A stretch of 64,000 bases of DNA from contig NC_062576.1 of the NCBI RefSeq assembly GCF_022837055.1, positions 18,286,144 through 18,350,143 of the forward strand, given 5' to 3'. Shown one piece after another: positions 11,986 to 26,873 of the stretch (position 1 is the stretch's first letter; every line of letters starts with the position of its first letter). A model generated the notes under the pieces. That model saw nothing but the letters and a program-made list of their open reading frames with translations, was not told the DNA's origin and ran no database searches. Origin of the DNA: Prionailurus viverrinus. Lineage: Eukaryota. A program made the translations under genes and the position numbers.

Positions 11986-12849
11986 AACCTGTCTCTGACT
12001 CTGGATTGGATGAGTTGCTCTCACCAAACCCTCTGTCCCCACCCCCAAGGAGTTTCAGCCGGGTGTCAGTCCCAGCCTTGCTCTCGACCCAGCGTGGCTC
12101 TGGGGCGCTGGCTCCTCCCTCACCCTCACCGGAGGCAGCACCAGTGGCTGCAGTCCAGATCCAGGGTGGGGCCGAGGCTCCAGTGACTGGAGAGCAGGTT
12201 CCAGGACTCCCAGGTCTCCGGGGAATACCCAATCTGGGCAGGCCCAGAATAGCCACTGGAGGTTTGAAGACGCCTGGGTTAGAAACCCAAACAGTTACCA
12301 GACAGAAACGCTGCTCTCCCCCATCCACACCCCTTGCCTGCTGCTGAGACCCCCGCCGAATACCTGCACACCCTCAAGGCCCTAAGAGGTGACGGCCGGT
12401 GGTGGAGTTGCAGAAAGGACGGGGGAAGTCAGCCCCGGGACTGGGAGCAGTGAGGGCGAGAAGAAAAACCGCACTGCTCCCCACCTGTCCCTTTCACCCT
12501 AGGCGTGGCCCATTCTGCGTTTGCGGGCTCCGCGGCCCCAGCCCCCTTCCTGTTCCAGACTGCCCCTGCAGCCTCTGCCCTGGAATTCCCTTCTGAGTCC
12601 TGCTCCAGGGGCCCTGGAGCCTTCCAGCGCCCATTTCTGCTGCTGCTTCCTCGAGGGTAGAGGGACTTCCTGTACTGCAGGCTCCGCTCTCTTAAAACCC
12701 CACCCTGTTCTTCCTGAGCAGCCTCCCTAAGTTTTGCCTCATCTCCCTTCCCCTCTTTCTGCTTGTTGGGGTGCCACCACCGGGTCCCGCCTGTCTCACA
12801 GGTCCCGTCTCCTCGCAGACCCCTCTCGGTTTCCCCCGGCCCCCTGCCT

Positions 12850-13235
12850 CTGCCAGGACCCCCGGTGACCGTTGGCGGGAGGGGCCCGGGGCTTGGGAAG
12901 GGGGCACCCCCAGGAGGCGCGCGTGGGAAGGGGTAGGGAGGGGGCGCGAGTGGTTACCCGGCCGGTTGCCCGGGTAACGCGGGGCCTGGCACGCGTGGCT
13001 CCCTGGGGCTGGCCGGGAGGGGCGGGAGGCGAGCTAGGGGCGGGGGCGGTGCGCGGCGGCAGCGGAGCGTAGGGGAGGGGACCTGAGAGGAGCGAGAGGA
13101 GGGGACGAGCAGAGGGGAGGGGAGACCCGCCGCCTCCCTCCCTCGCTCGCTGACTCGCTCCCTCCCGGGCTGCGGCTGCTGCAACGGGGCGGCGGTGGCA
13201 GCAGCAGCGGGAGCAGTCTAGAAGCCGGCGTCGAG
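12850..13235 (+). promoter_or_regulatory. PRRT2: PRRT2 CpG-island promoter and 5'UTR exon (3' end at donor gag|GTgaga 13236)
   Basis: G-rich/CpG-rich block (gggcggg, ggggagggg repeats); donor 13236-13237 and acceptor cttccAG 13926-13927 just 5' of the PRRT2 ATG define a 5'UTR intron; exon 5' end/TSS not determinable. Confidence 0.4.
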
Positions 13236-13991
13236 GTGAGACGGGGATGGACAGAGGCTGCGGGTAGGAGTGCGAGGACAGACGGCGGACGCCGGGAGGG
13301 CTGCACCGGAATGCGGGCGCCTGGCGGACTGGCTGGTGGTGCTGGGCGCGCCACGCCGATGGGAGGAGGAGGCGCCGGTTCCCCGGGGGTTGAGGGAATC
13401 CCTGAGAGAGGGGCTGAGAAGGGGCTCAGAGGAAATGCCCAGGTCCCCCAGGGAGGGGCGGGGGCGTCTGCGCCCCAGACGCGCAGTGAGAAAACTGCAC
13501 CGGCGGGGCACCCAGGGAGGAGGGGAGGATGCAGAGGGAGTGGAATGTGAGTATCGGTCCTCTGCCCAGTGTGCCTGTCTGCCTGTCGGAGTGTTACGAG
13601 CGTCTGCACAGCTTGTTGATTTCGGGGTGCTGGGGCATCTGCTAGGATCTGAGAGTCTGGCTCTTAACGGGTGGACCCAGGAAGAGACCATGGGGAGGGT
13701 CCTGTTTTCAAAAGGGTTAATCTCCCCGGGGCTCTCCCAGCAGAAGACTTTGAGCAGAGCAGTCCTCCCCAGGGATGTCCCACCCTAAGGCAAAGGAAAC
13801 CCCAACTTTTCTTCTTCTCCCCAGAGGCAGCCCAGGGCTGGCCCTAAGACAGGAGCATAGCCCTCTTGGGCTGCAGTGCCGAGAGCCACCTCTTTCCTCA
13901 CACCAAACCTGTCTCCTCCTCTTCCAGGATTGCTGCTGTCTCTGCTGCTCCATCCACTCCATTGAGGTCCTCTCCTCTCTCCCCTCTCAAG

Positions 13992-14894
13992 ATGGCAGCC
14001 AGCAGCTCTGAGGTCTCGGAGATGAAGGTGATAGAAGAGGGTCCCCAAACCCAAGGAGAAGGGCCTGGCCATTCTGAAGCCGAAACTGGCCCTCTCCAGG
14101 TCCCAGCTGGGGTCCCAGATGAGCCAGAGGCCCTGCAGCCCGGCCCAGACGACACTGGGGCCCCTGTGGACTCAGAAACCAAAGCTGGACTGGCTCCAGA
14201 AACCACAGAGACCCTAACTGGGGCCCCAGGAACAGCCCAGGCCAGAGACCTCAGCTCAAGTCCAGGAGGGGAGTCAAATGCCAACCCCAGCCCCAAAGAA
14301 GCACACCAAGAGCCGGCACCCAAACCAGAAGCAAATAAAGAGGCCACTGCAGACCAGGGGTCTGATCTGGGGTCTACAGCCCCACTTGAGCCAGCCTCAG
14401 AGTCTGCTCCCCAGCTGGACACCCAGTCAGACCCTCAGCCAGACTGCCAGCCAGATTCCCAGCCCACCCCCAAGTCAGCTCTTCAGCCAGAGCCCCCTAC
14501 CCAGGAGGACCCCACCCCTGAGGTCCTGACTGAGAGTGTGGGGGAAAAGCAAGAAAATGGGGCAGTGGTGCCCCTGCAGGCTGGCGATGGGGAAGAGGGC
14601 CCAGCCCCTCAGCCTCACTCGCCACCCTCAACAAAAACCCACCCAGCCAATGGGGCTCCTCCCCGCGTGCTGCAGCAGCTGGTTGAGGAGGATCGACTAG
14701 GAAGGGCTCACAGTGGGCATCCAGGATCTCCCAGAGGTAGCCTGAGCCGCCACCCCAGCTCCCAGCTGGCAGGGTCTGGGGTGGAGGGGGGTGAAGGCAC
14801 CCAGAAACCTCGGGACTACATCATCCTCGCCATCCTGTCCTGCTTCTGCCCCATGTGGCCTGTCAACATCGTGGCCTTCGCTTATGCTGTCATG
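13992..14894 (+). CDS. PRRT2: PRRT2 (proline-rich transmembrane protein 2) main coding exon
   Basis: ATG 13992; [34 protein letters not shown]...proline-rich...[28 protein letters not shown]; donor atg|GTgagc 14895-14896; frame = ORF 13866..15173; near-identical to human PRRT2. Confidence 0.9.
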
Positions 14895-15281
14895 GTGAGC
14901 CCCATGGGACCCTGGCCCAGGCCTGCTGTGGCTCCCAGCTTCCTGCCAGCACCTGGACAGAACCCCGGGAGTAGCCTTGTCTTCCCCTCTCCTCTCTGCA
15001 TGGATCTCACTTCCCAATTATGGGGATTTTCCCGGCCTCTCCCTAGGACTTTACCGTCTGAGCCACCACTGCCCTACCCCGTCAGGTGGGAGGGATGCCA
15101 AGGCGTGTTTCACGCCACCTTGCTGACCTGTGCCCTCCTCCCCCTGCCTCCCCAACCCTCTTTCCTCCTTTAACCACTGTCCACGGGGGCCCGCCTGTCT
15201 CCTCTGGACAACTCTTTCACCTGATCCCTGCTGGGCTGCCTTCTCCTGACCTGGGCCATGGTGCCCCACCCCTCACCCTAA

Positions 15282-16200
<919 letters not shown>

Positions 16201-16683
16201 GGAGGGGAGCGGTATCAGGGGAGGGCTCCCCAGCCTGGGTTCCGACTATTTTCTGCTGGGCCCACCCAGGTCCTGACGCCCCCGGAGCGCCTCTGGGTCG
16301 CAGAGCTGGCAAGCCAGGCCTTGTCTGGGGACTTGTGCAGGGTGTCGTGCTCTCTTGCTAGCTCTGTTCTGAACACGCACCTGCGAGGAGGAAGGGGCGT
16401 GGCTGTTGACCCTCTCCGGTCATCCCGAGTTGACCTGCCCCACCTGGGCTTTTTAACCCGGTCAGCGAGTTTCTTAAAGGCGTCGGGACTGGGGTCATTC
16501 ACGTGCTTTGTAGCGAAAGAACCCCGAAATAGATCCAAAGCTCCCAGATGCAGGGAGCGAATGAGGGGCGGGAAGCTCTATAATTATTTTCCAAGAGGAC
16601 GAGAGAGGTTTGTTGCACGCGACAGTCCGCTAGGGAGGCGGGGACCGAGCTATGACGCTGTTTGGAGTTGGCGGGTTTTGTTT

Positions 16684-16721
<38 letters not shown>

Positions 16722-16816
16722 GTGGGGGAACACTAAAAGTCTTTAAAAAAAAAAAAAGATACATCAAACAGATTCTCCCTCTTTGTATGCCGGATGCTGC
16801 ATGAGTCTGAAACACC

Positions 16817-16822
16817 AATAAA
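16817..16822 (+). terminator. PRRT2: candidate PRRT2 polyadenylation signal AATAAA
   Basis: first canonical hexamer after long 3'UTR; preceded by genomic A-runs 16688-16720 and 16745-16758. Confidence 0.3.
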
Positions 16823-16849
16823 CGGAGACTGCATGAGACTCGCCTCTAA

Positions 16850-17533
16850 GCCTCAGTTGGTCCTTACGTCTGTCCGCCGCCGCCGGGGCCCGTGGCACTG
16901 CCCTCTTTCGGGCAGAACCTACTGGGTGGTGTGCGCATGCGACGACCCGGTGGCCATCTTTACTGTGGGCCGAAGCCAATTGTGCCCGAGCCTACCTGCG
17001 CATGTGCAATCCTCCCCTTGCTTTCCTTTTCCAAGTAGCTTTGGCTAGAGCGGAGCCTTCCGCGCCATCTCTGTGCGCCTGCGTACTGTGGCCCTGCGCA
17101 GCCCGGGAGGCGGGTCTTAGCTCCAGGTGCGTACGGCGGCTGAAGTGGCGGAACTGCGAGGTGTGGGGAGAGGGCGTCGGATCCAGGTGTGGAGAGGGGC
17201 GGTGTGAAGGCGTAAAGAGCGGCTCCGCCCCTCTCTGGCCCAGAAAGTGGTTCCGGTGATCCCTGGGAATCTTGGAGTACCGGATCTGGATCCGTGGGGC
17301 GGGGTCCTCGGAGGGGACTCAGCGCCCCCTCTTGGGAACCGGCGGTCTCGTCGCAGGGACCGTTGTTGGAGCCTGATTGGTTGCAGAGACAATTCCTAAA
17401 CTCCTGGGCAGCCCAATCCCTTGGGGGAGGGGGACGGGAGGCCCCCCCCCCCTCCAGCGCCCCCTACCCCCCCCCCCCCCGGCTTACTACTCCTGCATCC
17501 CCTATCATCGCAAGGCCCCTCCCCTAGTAGCCT
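16850..17533 (+). promoter_or_regulatory. PAGR1: PAGR1 CpG-island promoter/5'UTR
   Basis: CpG-rich block (ccgccgccggggcccg, cgcatgcgacgacccgg) immediately upstream of PAGR1 ATG 17534. Confidence 0.5.
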
Positions 17534-18315
<782 letters not shown>

Positions 18316-19329
18316 TGAAGAGCCTCTACTCCCACTGACCTAAAAAGTGACTGCTTAAAAGAGGCCTATGCTTGGTGCCTTGGTTGCTACACAACTTGTA
18401 GCTGCAGGAATGAGCATTTCCCCCAGTGGTGCCCTCCTTCCGGCTTGGTTAGATACCTTATCTTCCTTTACAAAACTTTCACGAATAATTCTATAATGGT
18501 CCCCATTCCTTTTATCTCTGTCTCCCTAAAAGTTCAGGTCTTTCTGGTAATTCATTATTATCTAGATCCTCATCCCTCTACTCCCGAGTACATCTCCTAA
18601 CCTGACCCAATTTAACACCCCATGTGCCTTCCTAGAATTTACCCTTAGAGCCATTCTTGATTTCTCTTTCTCTTACCCCAACATTCAAGCCAGCAGCAAG
18701 TTCTGTTAGCTCTCTACCTCCATGTTTCCAAGTTCATCTGCTACTCTCCGCCTCCAATACCACACCCACATCCAAGCCATTATTTCTCTTGCCTGGATAT
18801 TTGCAGTGGCTCCTAACTGGTCTCCCTGCTTCCATTCTCAGCAACTAGAACGATCCTATTAAAATATAAATCACGTCACTACTGTGTTTAAAATTCTCCA
18901 AAGGATTCCATCACTGGAGGAAAGAGCATGTCAAGAGAATCCATACACTGCAACTCCCCTCCCCTGTCCCCCCCCCCCCAACTCTGCCACTCCCTGGGTC
19001 ACCAAGGCTTCCAAGGACATTTCCATTTAAACTAAGAGATCCAAGCCACTCCTCATGACTTTGGCCTGTGAGTCGATTCTTTGAGCACATCTTTCAGTCT
19101 CCTCCCCCAGCTTTCTATACTCTTCTTTGAACAGGCCTCCCTGCTCCTGCCTGGGGCCTTTGTACTTGTCCTTCCCCTGCCTGGATACCCTTCCCTGGTC
19201 TCCACATTACTGGCCCCTTCTCGTGGTTCAGACCTTCACTGCTTACCCCATCTGAGGCCGAGCCCTAAACCTCAGAACCTCCACGACAGAGGTCTGGAAT
19301 TCTCTATGTTTAATGAGCTCCGCAAGTAA

Positions 19330-19599
<270 letters not shown>

Positions 19600-19804
19600 C
19601 TGCTGCTCCTTCCGCCACCTTTAGGATGCAGGGTGTACACGTCCTGGGACCTGGGCCCTCCTTCCCTGACCCGGGGCACTGGGGAAGAGGACAGAGACTC
19701 CCAAGCTCCCAACACCACACCTTGCCAGAAGGAGGACATGTGTGTATTTACGTTTTCTGGTGAACATCTCTTTGGAGAACCTGGGTTGACTTTTCTGAAT
19801 CTAA

Positions 19805-19810
19805 AATAAA
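19805..19810 (+). terminator. PAGR1: PAGR1 polyadenylation signal AATAAA
   Basis: ctaaAATAAAaaacaacaaag ~200 nt after stop. Confidence 0.55.
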
Positions 19811-21379
19811 AAACAACAAAGTTATCTTCTCTTAGGGGCTGGGCTGCAGCAGGAGCCCAAACAGTTGTGGGGTGGCAGAAACATATTCAGCCAGATTGGG
19901 AAATGAAAGTCACGTGGGGCAGAGGTGAACTCAGCACCTGCCCCTCTGACCCTTCCCGGTCTCATTCCAGCACTGCCAGCTGGCTCTGAGGTGGGACCTC
20001 AGCGAGAGAGCCAAGAGGCTGCAGTGCCTTCAGCTGCAGTAGAAGCCGCCCAGAGGAGGAAGAAAGAACCAGCTGCGAGGGCCCTTTAAATGGCCAGGCC
20101 CCACCCCTGAGTGCCTGCCCTGCCGGGAAGTGATCCCTAGGGCTGGGCCTGGGAGTTTCCCCCTCTGAGGGGTCTGGGGCAGGCAGCACTCCTTCTGGTT
20201 ATACTTCGTGCAGGTCCCAAAGCCCCCAAACAATTGGTGGGACCTTGTGCCCCTTAAGGCTCGCCTAGTCCCCTCCTGCCTTCTAAGGCCTTGCTTCTGC
20301 CGGGGCAGGTAAGACATCTCTGAACCGGAGGAGGAAGAAGGTGGGTAGAGGCTTGGCCGTGGGAGGTTTTGCTTTCCTTGCTGGATTTTTTTTTTTTTTG
20401 TCTTTTGAAGTAAACGTAGATCAACTTGTTATCTTGCCAACACTCCTCCACCCCCCAAATCGAAGGCCTCTTGACTTCAGGCTCCCATATCAGAAGTTAG
20501 GGCAGAGGCAAGTCGGGTCCATTCGCACTCTCTCCTGGGTCCCTGGGTCCCTGCTGTAGGCCCCTGCCTCTTCCTCCTAAGGACTTCGGCTCTGGCCTGT
20601 CCTCTCTGAGCTTTTAGAATGTGATTCCCGCCCCCCACACACTGAGATCCTTCATCTGTGCCAAATGTTGAGGATTTCCCACAGCCTCACTTAAGGCTAT
20701 GCTGACCGTGATCCTAGCAGGCCATTTGGGAGGTGGTTAGCAAAGCGATCTCAAGGTAGGCTTGACTTCTAGAAGGCTTGGGGGTTGCTGAGCAAGGCTC
20801 TCTCATTTTCTCTTTTGGGGGGGGGGGGTGGAAGGGTGGGGGCTGAAATCAAGAAACAGGAAACTCATTTGGATCCGCCAGCCTGTGATTATGGGGATCT
20901 TAGAGCTGGCTCTCAGGAGTGAAGTATGGGGGTGGGGGATGGTAACTGAGGCAGATGTCCCCTGTGTTGTCTGTTTCCCGCCTGGGTGGTCCCCTGGGTT
21001 GTGAGGGGGGAAAGCTGGCTGTTACATGGGGTGCAGTCAGGGGGCTCCCTAGAAACTTCTGCCTGTTTCTGCCCTTGGCAAACAGTGCACCCAGCCTGAC
21101 CCCGGGTGAAGCTTTCTGGGTGAGGCAGCTCTCTGGAGCAGCCACCCTGAGTGGATGGCCCAGGGACAGCCTGAGGGCTCCAAGGTGACTCTGGCCTCCT
21201 TGTTGGATGGAGGAGTTCCCTCCCCCCCAACCCCCCTCCCCTTGCAGAAATTGCTCGGCTGTGAAGTGCCATTGACCCTGTCTCCCAGAGAATAATCTGC
21301 CCCACCCGGGTCCTAAGTTCTTGTTCTGTGCTTCCTGGTTTGGGAGCTCTGCAGCAGCGATCCCAGGCTGAGTTCTGGC

Positions 21380-21520
21380 TCTGTCCTTTGATCATTGCAT
21401 GATCCTGAGTGATGTTGCTAACTAATCTAGGTTCTTGTGAGGATTAAATGAATGAATTAAAGGTCCTTAACACAATGCCTGGCACAGTTTAAGTTCCTAA
21501 TAAGCGGGAGCTGTTATTTG
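21380..21520. repeat. MIR (mammalian-wide SINE) remnant
   Basis: core ...aggattaaatgaatgaat...acaatgcctggcacag... Confidence 0.45.
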
Positions 21521-24500
21521 GGGGACTCTTGCCAAAGATACACATTCTAGAGTCTCCTGGAAACTTTGGTGCGGTGGGGCTGGATGAGGCCTGGGAATCA
21601 GCATGAACAGGAGCAACACTCTCAGCTGGTTCCTGTGATGGAGCAAGTTTAGAAAACATTGATCTAGATCAGGGGTTCTGAAGCCTGGTTCCTGGGTCAC
21701 TTCTCAACTGGACAACCTTCATCTTCACTGAGTGGCATTAATTGGCAGCATCCAGGAAGTAGGGTGAAGATAGGGCGAGGAGCATCCTGAGCTGGCAGAA
21801 CTGTTCTGTCCCCAGTGAGGCCACCAAGCTGCCCCTCCTCCCACAAGGTAGTTGAGCTGGAGCTCAGAGAACACTTTCCTAGGAAGAAAAGTTCCCAAAA
21901 AGCTGCTCTTAAACCTGATTGGTGGGAGACAAATTCTTGAATTTCCACTCTAGTCCCCCTATAGAAGGAAATAATCTCCCTAAACTGGGAAGCTGGTAAA
22001 TAAACAGCCTCTGAGCAGTCCCTGAGTAATGTGACTCTTGCATTCTCCAAAGACTAGAATGTTTACACAGGGAAACGGCAACAATGAGCCCCTGTGTATG
22101 TTGAGCGTCCTGTACATTTCCCTAAACCTGAGCTTGATAGGGAGGATGGTGGCAGGCTGAGTCACCGACTTCCCCTCCAGCTTCAGGTCTGCTTGGGGGC
22201 TCCTTGGACCTGCCATGGACCAGGCTGAACGAAATGCCCTGCCCTTGAGCCGTCTGTAATCTGAGCTCATTTTATTCTCCCTCCTCCCAGCCGCCCTCTG
22301 AGCTCCTGTGCCCTAGAGCCATCCTGTAGTCACTAATCTCTTTAGGCCCAGGAAATAGTCCTTCCTTTCCATTTCTCGGTCTAGGAGACTAAGGCTCAGA
22401 GCTAGCAAGTGGCCCCAGACTGACAGAGCTCAATCTTTGCTGTGTATCAGGGTCAGTGGGAGAGATTTTAAATCTAGCCATGCCTGCACCCCACCTCAGG
22501 CCACTGAGGTCAGAATCCCCAGAGATCAGTGCTTTTCGAAGACCTCCAGGTGACTCTCAAGTACAGCCAGGACTGAGAGTGGCTGCTTGAGGCCGGAGTT
22601 GCTGGTACTTTAATATGTGCCCAAATCACGAGGGATCTGGTTAAAATGCCGGCTGATTCAGCAGCTCTTGAGTGGGGCCTGAGAAGCCCCCTTACTAACA
22701 AGCTTCAGGTGATGCCGATGTCGCTCACTACAGACCAGTACACCATAAAGCTGGTCACTCAGATATCTGTTTGAATCACTGTGCCAGGCGCTCACAGTTG
22801 ACCCTGAAGATCTCTGACGGGTAGTGACCAGAGAGGCTCATTGAGTTTTGCTGTAGTGTAAGTTTCCTTTTTGTAAGTTTCCTTTGGAGCCAAGACACGG
22901 GTCTATAGCTGCGTCTTAACTAGCGGATGAAGCAGCTTCTGCCTACAGGTTTTGTTCTCTGCCCTTCCACCCACTACCCGCCCCCCTTCTTCGTGGGTGT
23001 GGTGCAGTGTCTGAGACTTTGGGCAACAGCTGACGGATTCCTGCAGGAAGCTCATGACATCTGGGGGAAGTGTGATCAGACCAAGCTGGGCATGTATGCA
23101 GAGAGCAGACTAGGGGGCAGATCCTGGAAGCAGGCCCCGAAGGGGAGGGGATGAGTGGATTTGGAGTGCCGGGGCCAGCCCCAAGGTCTAGGCAGGACCT
23201 TCCAAAGGCCAACATCATCCTTAACCATTGTTTTTTGAGGGGCTTTATGTTCTGACTATCCATGTCATCTGGCACACCCCAAAAGTGTAAATCTGGGACT
23301 TGTCACAAATGAGCTGCCTGAGTCAAGTGGTTTCCCTGGCTCCCTGGAGAGGTCATACGTGGAGGCTTCTTTTTACAGATAGCAAGAGGATAAGAGCAAA
23401 GTCTGTTCTGGGGTGAACAGCAGGGGGTCTAGGTGGAAGGCACAGCTTTAGGGTATGGTAGTGGGCAGTCAGGGGGGATAAGATAGGGTCCCAGTACTGA
23501 AACAAGGGCTTGGCTTTGGAACAAGGCGGAAGCCCAGCCAGATCAGCTATAAGGATGATTCTCAGCTGAGTCACTGAGCTGGGTGAGGCTCTCAGCCCCC
23601 CTGACTGGGCCCAGCTGGGATGACAGATGGTGGAGAGGCCTCAGCCATAGGGAGTGGGGGATTGTCCAAAAAGGAGTCATTGGAGGCTGTTCCTGGGGCC
23701 TGCTTCCCAGCCCTTGCATGGCCTTCTAGAGTTCAGATCTTCCCTAGGGGGTGCCTCACGGAGCCCTGTCCACACCTCCGCTTATAGCCCTAGCCCTTCC
23801 TCTCCCCCATCTGGCTTCCTGGCCAGGCTTCTACCCTGCAGAGAACCTGGCAAAGGCTTCACTTAGCCTTCAGATGCCCCTTCTTTGCTGCCATTCTAGC
23901 CCCACAGCTGGGGCGACACAAGACTTGCCAGCTTTCTGACCACTCAGCAAGGGGGGTTAAGGTCGGGTGGGTTAGGGGGTCTCTGGTGCTAGGCCCCATC
24001 CCCTAACTGATTATGGGAGCTGGGCCTCAGGCTATTCCTGCCTCAGCAATAAGTAGCATAGTGCTTCTGAAGAGTCGGGCTCTGTTCCAAGTACTTTATG
24101 ATTACCTCAGTCCTCATAACTCGGGTAGATGCCCTATCCGTTCACAGTTTACAGGCCGGGAAACGGGTATAGGGAGGGCAACAGTCTCGTCTGAGGTTAC
24201 CCCATCCAGTAAGGGATGCAGGTACTTCCGGCTCCTGGGGGCTCTTCGGGGGGCTTCCTCAGGAAGCCACTTTGGAAGCACAGCAGAGAGAGACTGGGCA
24301 GTAGGGAGGAAGGAAAGAGAAGGTCAAGATAAGAGTGGGGAGGAGAACAGATCAAGGAAAGCAGAAAGGCAGCCCCTGTATTTTCAAACACTGCCTGAAA
24401 ACAACAGAAGAGGGAGCCCTGACGTTAGAAAAGCCACTCCTACAAGTCCCGGGGAATTAACTTCACATAAACCAGAGCAACAAAAAAGTATCGAGGTCAA

Positions 24501-25069
24501 ATCCCATACAAAGTTGCAAGATAGAGAGCAGAACATTCTTTTGATGCAGAAAGTGTACCAGGAAGACAGGTGAAAACTGTAACCTTTCAAAATGAGGTAA
24601 GATGTTAAGGAAACAGTACAAGGCAGGGAATCAGAACCGTAAGACCGGGCAGTCTGGCTGAATCTGTGCCCCTAACCACTGTCCCATGGCTGCCACCAGA
24701 GAAGGACAGGACCAAGCATTCCACGGGGATTCTCATCCCACTGATTTGCTGCGTGGCCTCTAATGATCCATAGTCCCTACCTGGGACTCAGCTACTTGGA
24801 GGTACACTGTAATGTGGGACCGACCAACCTTATTTGGCCACCTTGATGGAAATTTAATGTTTAGTTCCTCAGTTCCCCTGGTCACATTGCAAGTATTCAG
24901 TAGCCGCCTGTGACCAGTCCAAAGAATCCAGATTTAGAATATGTCCATCATTACAGAAGGTTCTACTAGATGATGCTGAGTTAGAGACTTAAGCAGGAGC
25001 CAGGCAGGTGACGTTGAGTGCGGCAGCCTAGGTAGAAGACAACAGGGACAGCACGTGGGGATTGTGGTA

Positions 25070-25382
25070 AGCACACGATTGGCGGGGAGGGGGCAGGCGG
25101 GCGTGGGCGGTGGGGGGTGTCACATCTATAGGCAGCAGCTGTGACTTGACTCTAGCCAGTTTTGCTAGGTGGAAATGTAGGGTGTAGCTCCTAATTCTTC
25201 AAGAGAAGCAGGAATCAGGAGGTTGTGGAAACTCACAATTGCTAAGCAAAAAAATAAATAAAAATTTTACAGAGTGTGTAGGTTAAGTAGAATTCTTGTG
25301 CCTTTCCCTGGCTTCTGCAATTTTGGGGCTTCAGCCTGTTTCTCCTGCGCTAAGCCACTCCATCCTCGCTTCCGCTTCTCAG
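25070..25382 (+). promoter_or_regulatory. MVP: candidate MVP TATA-less promoter and noncoding exon 1 (inverted CCAAT gATTGG 25078-25083, GC boxes ggcgggg/gggcgg 25083-25115, donor cag|GTtaga 25383)
   Basis: motif arrangement matches published description of the human MVP promoter (inverted CCAAT + Sp1 GC box); splice donor 25383-25384 and acceptor ctcAG just 5' of the MVP ATG would remove a ~1-kb 5'UTR intron. Confidence 0.3.
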
Positions 25383-26369
25383 GTTAGAAGTTAGTTGAAT
25401 GGTGGGGCAGATGAAGTGTCCCTCCTTTTCTGCTGGTGGCTTCAAAATGGCCTGACCAAAGTCTCAGAGGGCAGGCCTTTGAGTTGTCTAATAAACTTGG
25501 TTCCCTCTGTGTGACCCCAAGGGATGTATCGTCCAAAGTCCAAGGCCTGCTGGAGATAGGGACGGGGGTTCAGGCAGGAGGCATGACCTTCCTGAACCAC
25601 CCAGGATTCAGAAGCAGGTAGGATGGGGGTGGGTGAGAGACTCACTTGTTCATTCCCTTTCCCTTCCCACCCACCCCTACCTGCAAACACAGGAAACCAA
25701 GAGTGACCACAGACCAGAGAGAACTGGAGAGAAAAGGACTAATTTGGTTGGGGTTTGCAACCCAGCTGACTATGGGAGCACCAGTTCCGCCAGGGATCCC
25801 TCCCTTGAGAGGTGGCCCGTGTCTGAACAGTTCATCCCAGATTGCTTAAAATGTGTGTGGGGGGCATGGGTGCAAAGATAGTGTAAATATTCTTAGGCTG
25901 TGGGCTACCATTGCAATACAGTTGGGTCCCGGGATCCCCTGAAATAAACAAGCCTGTGTCTGGAGGAGCCGGGGAGCCACCCAGCCACTGCTCCTGCTCT
26001 GCTGGTGAAGGCCACCTCCGGCACCTCCACAGTCTTCATCTAAAGCCCCTTCGGGTGCTGCAGGCAGCTTGGGGAGGGAAAGGAATAGGCAGAGAACAAC
26101 CTGGGCTTCCGCGGTTAATGGTGTCAAGCAGGTCTCGGCAGGGATGAGGTCTGGATGGGCTGTGTGCCCTGGGTGGGGAGAACAGAGGAAGCGGCCGGCG
26201 TGGAGCTCAAAAGGGTGAAATAATCCGAGCTGGAGGAGGACAGGCCCACTCCCCCATCTCCAGCCAGTCCTCCGGCTCGTGCTGGCCCCGTGCCGGCTCC
26301 CTGTGCTCATCTTGTTGGATCTTCTCCCCACCTGTCTGTCCTCCTGCTGCCCTGGGCTCAGGAGTCACC

Positions 26370-26494
26370 ATGGCAACCGAAGAGTCCATCATCCGCATCC
26401 CCCCATACCACTACATCCACGTGCTGGACCAGAACAGCAACGTGTCCCGCGTGGAGGTCGGGCCAAAGACTTACATCCGGCAGGACAATGAGAG
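26370..26494 (+). CDS. MVP: MVP (major vault protein) coding exon 1 (exon 2 of gene)
   Basis: ATG taken from ORF track (26370..26579: [41 protein letters not shown] + ag); donor ag|GTtggt 26495-26496; N-terminus matches human MVP. Confidence 0.85.
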
Positions 26495-26677
26495 GTTGGT
26501 GTTGGGACTGTGCCGTGGGGTGCCTGTTAGTCTGGCTGGCATGACCGTCCATCTCCTTCCTGTTCCCAGGCAGGATTGACCCTGGGTCGGGTGACGCTTT
26601 CTCTCCCATTCACTGTCCCCTTCAGAAATGAGAACACGGTCCCCCAGGTCCTCACACTGCTTCTCACCCTCCTACAG

Positions 26678-26873
26678 GGTCCTGTTTGCCCCCATGCGCA
26701 TGGTGACTGTCCCCCCACGCCACTACTGTACAGTGGCCAACCCGGTGTCCCGGGATCCCCAGGGCTTGGTGCTGTTCGACGTCACAGGGCAAGTACGGCT
26801 CCGCCACGCTGACCTAGAGATCCGGCTGGCCCAGGACCCCTTCCCCCTGTACCCAGGGGAGGTGCTGGAAAAG
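26678..26873 (+). CDS. MVP: MVP coding exon
   Basis: AG 26676-26677; (R)[65 protein letters not shown]; donor aag|GTacct 26874-26875; frame = ORF 26628..26897. Confidence 0.9.

Noticed and set aside
12954-13691. Minus-strand ORFs (13034..13609, 13218..13691) and plus ORFs in the PRRT2 promoter
   Set aside because: GC-rich CpG-island artefacts with no homology; the region is PRRT2 5'UTR/promoter.
26341-26410. Apparent 1-nt discrepancy in the position of the MVP ATG (26370 vs 26371) when counting printed bases
   Set aside because: ORF-track frames on both sides are only consistent with ATG at 26370 and six C's at the line break. The track was treated as authoritative and boundaries were validated by frame.
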